Shown here in pieces: positions 7,506-10,043 of a stretch of DNA of 10,043 nt. The stretch is taken from positions 1 through 10,043 of the forward strand of contig CALLZJ010000072.1 of the NCBI GenBank assembly GCA_937858435.1, read 5' to 3'. The translations under genes were made by a program, and so were the position numbers. The DNA comes from an uncultured bacterium. Its GTDB lineage: Bacteria; Planctomycetota; Planctomycetia; Gemmatales; HRBIN36. Numbering within the stretch: position 1 is the stretch's first letter; each line of letters opens with the position of its first letter. The notes beneath the pieces were generated by a model. That model saw only the letters and a list, made by a program, of their open reading frames with translations. It did not search any database and had not been told where the DNA came from.

Positions 7506-8873
7506 ATGGTCACGACCACTCGTCCCGCTCCCTTCCTTCCCGATGCCCCCATCCGCCGCTGGATGCACCCGCTGCTGCGCTTCATGGAGATCGAGCAGAC
7601 CAGCGGCATCTTGCTCCTCATCTGCACCGTCATCGCCCTGGGCATGAGCAACAGCCCCTGGGCCCATGATTGGGAGCACTTCTGGCATTTGAACGTGGCC
7701 TTCAGCGTCGGTTCCTGGACCATGGACGGCTCGCTCTCCCACTGGATCAACGACGGCCTGATGGTGCTGTTCTTCTTTGTCGTCGGGATGGAAGTCAAGC
7801 GCGAGATGGTACTCGGCGAGCTGCGCAATCCGCGCAAGGCGGCGTTGCCCATCTTCGGCGCTCTGGGCGGCATGGTGGTGCCCGCTGGAATCTACCTGGC
7901 GCTGCAGTGGGGCGAACCGGGCCAGCATGGCTGGGGCATCCCGACCGCAACGGATATTGCCTTCGTGGTCGGCTTCCTTTCGCTCCTGGGATCGCGGGTG
8001 CCACCGGGCCTCAAGATGTTCTTGCTCACGCTGGCCATCGTCGACGACATCGGTGCGGTGCTCCTCATTGCCATCTTCTACTCCGGCGACGTGAATGCCG
8101 GCTTGCTCTTTGCCGGATTGGGGGGGTGCCTGCTCTGCGTGGTCTTCAACCAGGTCGGCGTGCGTCGCATTCCGGTCTACACCATCGTGGGGATTGGCGT
8201 TTGGCTCGCCTTCTTTCACTCGAATGTCCACCCGACCATCGCCGGGGTGATGCTGGGCCTGCTCACGCCAACGCAGGCCTGGGTCGGCCTGCCCGATCTG
8301 CGGGCGGCGATCGAAGACGCCCAATTGCGGCTCAAGAGCATTGAAGGCACGCACCAGCCCCAGACCGACTGGCGCTGGGGCGTGCTTGCCCTGGCCGCCC
8401 GTGAGGCCGTCGCCCCCCTGGAACGGCTCGAACGGGCCCTCCATCCCTGGGTGGCGTTCGGCATCATGCCGCTCTTCGCCCTGGCCAATGCCGGGGTCAC
8501 GGTCGAACCCCAGGCCCTCGAAGGTGGCGTGTCGCTGGCCTGTGCCCTCGGGCTCGTCGTCGGGAAGTCGTTTGGCATCTTCTTCTTCAGTTGGCTGGCG
8601 GTCCGATCCGGCTTCGCGCAGCTCCCCACCGGCGTGAACCTCAAGGTCCTCTTCGGCGGGGCCTGCTTCGGGGGCATTGGCTTCACCATGGCCCTGTTCA
8701 TCGCCAATCTGGCGCTGAAAGGCGAACTGCTGGCTTCGGCGAAGGTGGGCGTCCTGGCCGGCTCGACCGTCGCGGTGCTGCTGGGCGTCGGTTGGCTCTA
8801 TTTCACGCTGCCCCGCCGGGTCGAGATGCCCCACCACCAGTCGGCGACGAGCCTCCAGCCGGCGCCAAGCTGA
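7506..8873 (+). CDS. nhaA: Na+/H+ antiporter NhaA.
   Basis: 455 aa. 'HWINDGLMVLFFFVVGMEVKRE' and 'LAIVDDIGAVLLIAIFY' reproduce the E. coli NhaA TM IV/V signature, including the catalytic Asp-Asp pair (E. coli D163/D164). About 12 hydrophobic segments are visible. The protein carries roughly 25-aa N-terminal and 35-aa C-terminal extensions relative to E. coli NhaA. The 591-aa antisense ORF 7206..8981 is an artefact. Confidence 0.93.
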   Translation: MVTTTRPAPFLPDAPIRRWMHPLLRFMEIEQTSGILLLICTVIALGMSNSPWAHDWEHFWHLNVAFSVGSWTMDGSLSHWINDGLMVLFFFVVGMEVKREMVLGELRNPRKAALPIFGALGGMVVPAGIYLALQWGEPGQHGWGIPTATDIAFVVGFLSLLGSRVPPGLKMFLLTLAIVDDIGAVLLIAIFYSGDVNAGLLFAGLGGCLLCVVFNQVGVRRIPVYTIVGIGVWLAFFHSNVHPTIAGVMLGLLTPTQAWVGLPDLRAAIEDAQLRLKSIEGTHQPQTDWRWGVLALAAREAVAPLERLERALHPWVAFGIMPLFALANAGVTVEPQALEGGVSLACALGLVVGKSFGIFFFSWLAVRSGFAQLPTGVNLKVLFGGACFGGIGFTMALFIANLALKGELLASAKVGVLAGSTVAVLLGVGWLYFTLPRRVEMPHHQSATSLQPAPS

Positions 8874-8967
8874 CGGCACGGTCGAGAGCTCAGAACGATT
8901 TCGTGCCAACGTGAAACCTTGGCCTAAGCCAGCGTGTACGTTCCACCATGGTCCGCAAGTTTCTTCC

Positions 8968-8974
8968 AAGGAGG
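8968..8974 (+). promoter_or_regulatory. Shine-Dalgarno site AAGGAGG for the downstream gene.
   Basis: It is a perfect anti-SD complement 5 nt upstream of ATG 8980. This is unusually strong for this window, where most genes have weak or no Shine-Dalgarno site. Confidence 0.6.
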
Positions 8975-8979
8975 CGCCC

Positions 8980-10043
8980 ATGCGTGGGTTGCTGGTGGGG
9001 ATGGCGTGTGTCCTGGTGGCATGGTCGGCGAGTGGGCAGCCTGCACAGCCGGTGCAACCACCCGCATGGCCATTGGCGGAGAGTTACTTGCTCCAGGGCC
9101 GCTATGAGGCCGGCGAGCGCGACTTGATCGAGGCGCTGGCCAAGGACCCCGGGAACGACCAGCTTCGCTTCGGGCTCGGCACGGTGCAGTTCGTGCGGGC
9201 CCATCACGGCCTGGTGAGCGCCCTCTATGCCGCGGGACTTAAGGACCAGAGCCAAGTGCTCGGCGATCTGCTTCCCATCGTCCGCCTACCGATCCCCACC
9301 AACGACCATCCTCAGCCCCTGTCGTACGACGCCTTGCGCCTGATCCTCGATGCTTGGGTCGAGCAGCTCGCCAAGGCCGAGGCCACGCTGGCCCAAGTCC
9401 GCGATCCCAACGTGGCCTTGCCCATCCGCGTCGGGCTCATTCGCTTCACACTAGGGGCCGAAGGCGAAAAGGCGCCGACGATGACCCTGGCCCAGATTCT
9501 CGAGCGCCTGGGCTTCGCGTTTCCAAGCAGCGACCCGCAGCTTTACATTCGCTTCGATCGCGCCGACGTGGCTTGGCTCCGCGGCTATTGCCATCTGCTC
9601 ATGGCCCTGGGCAACTTCTTCCTGGCACACGACAGCCGCGATCTGTTCGAGACCACCGGGCACCTCTTCTTCGCCGAGATCAGCACGCCCCACGAGTTCC
9701 TCACCCGTCAGCAGCGGGTCTTCAACTGGAACGGCACCGACCTCATGGACCTGATCGCCTTCATCCACCAGCTTCGCTTCGAGGTCGTCGAGCCGAAGCG
9801 AATGGAAGCGGCCCTGGCCCATCTGGAGAAGACACTCGCCCTAAGCCGGGAAACCTGGCGGCTGGTGCTCGCCGAGTCGGATGACGACCATGAATGGCTG
9901 CCCAGCCCGAAGCAAACGGGCATTCTCCGGGTGCCGGTAACGCAGGAGATGGTGGACGCCTGGCTTGAGATGGTCTCCGAGGCCGAACTGATCCTGGCGG
10001 GCAAGCGGCTCGTGCCCTTCTGGCGGGATGCGGGCGGCAAGGG
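8980..10043 (+). CDS. Secreted or periplasmic protein of unknown function, 3'-truncated by the window end (at least 354 aa).
   Basis: This gene is not in the supplied ORF track because it has no in-window stop. I translated it codon by codon from ATG 8980 to 10043 and found no stop in 354 codons. The N-terminus 'MRGLLVGMACVLVAWSASGQPAQP' is a classical signal peptide with a signal-peptidase-I-type A-x-A-like cleavage region. It has the strong Shine-Dalgarno site noted above and high GC3. The track's ORFs 9354..9884 (+), 9451..9822 (-) and 9708..10040 (-) lie in other frames of this region and are Arg-rich artefacts. Confidence 0.75.
   Translation, partial: MRGLLVGMACVLVAWSASGQPAQPVQPPAWPLAESYLLQGRYEAGERDLIEALAKDPGNDQLRFGLGTVQFVRAHHGLVSALYAAGLKDQSQVLGDLLPIVRLPIPTNDHPQPLSYDALRLILDAWVEQLAKAEATLAQVRDPNVALPIRVGLIRFTLGAEGEKAPTMTLAQILERLGFAFPSSDPQLYIRFDRADVAWLRGYCHLLMALGNFFLAHDSRDLFETTGHLFFAEISTPHEFLTRQQRVFNWNGTDLMDLIAFIHQLRFEVVEPKRMEAALAHLEKTLALSRETWRLVLAESDDDHEWLPSPKQTGILRVPVTQEMVDAWLEMVSEAELILAGKRLVPFWRDAGGK

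Noticed and set aside
7206-8981. 591-aa ORF on the minus strand.
   Set aside because: It is antisense to the unambiguous NhaA and esterase genes. Its translation is dominated by R/G/A/E/D/H, as expected for the complement of hydrophobic codons, and it has no domain signature. It is a high-GC open-frame artefact.
9354-10040. ORFs 9354..9884 (+), 9451..9822 (-) and 9708..10040 (-).
   Set aside because: They overlap, in the wrong frame or on the wrong strand, the better-supported signal-peptide gene that starts at 8980. Their translations are Arg-rich and repetitive.

Overview
This is a high-GC (roughly two-thirds G+C) chromosomal segment that looks like core, housekeeping-type DNA of a Planctomycetota-like bacterium. 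The taxon call is an inference from the Tat-signal DUF1501 protein, high-GC codon usage and weak or absent Shine-Dalgarno sites. I support ten protein-coding genes plus one tRNA-like element, in this order:
- 1..653 (+): 5'-partial hypothetical protein.
- 660..1007 (-): DUF1801 protein.
- 1264..1545 (-): ribosomal protein bS20 (rpsT).
- 1650..3116 (-): DUF1501 Tat-secreted sulfatase-fold protein.
- 3427..4881 (+): beta-CASP MBL-fold (RNase-like) hydrolase.
- 4952..6058 (-): slipin/SPFH (band-7) protein.
- 6407..6478 (-): atypical tRNA-Lys(CUU)-like element.
- 6745..7488 (+): esterase-D-family alpha/beta hydrolase.
- 7506..8873 (+): Na+/H+ antiporter NhaA.
- 8980..10043 (+): signal-peptide protein of unknown function, 3'-truncated, absent from the supplied ORF track because it runs off the window.
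I see no integrase, transposase, CRISPR array, toxin-antitoxin pair or recognisable defence cassette. I cannot point to a bona fide novel multi-gene system in this window. The points most worth a second look are all in the 630-bp intergenic region 6059..6690. They are the atypical tRNA-like element, a perfect 17-bp palindrome that matches the sigma-54 -24/-12 consensus on both strands, an adjacent inverted repeat, and a 29-codon ultra-basic ORF with a Shine-Dalgarno site. Many long ORFs in the track are antisense or alternative-frame artefacts typical of high-GC DNA and are rejected below. The 525-aa ORF 4952..6529 is a read-through chimera; the real slipin gene starts at 6058. All calls rest on reading the sequence by eye against remembered family motifs. 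No database search was run.
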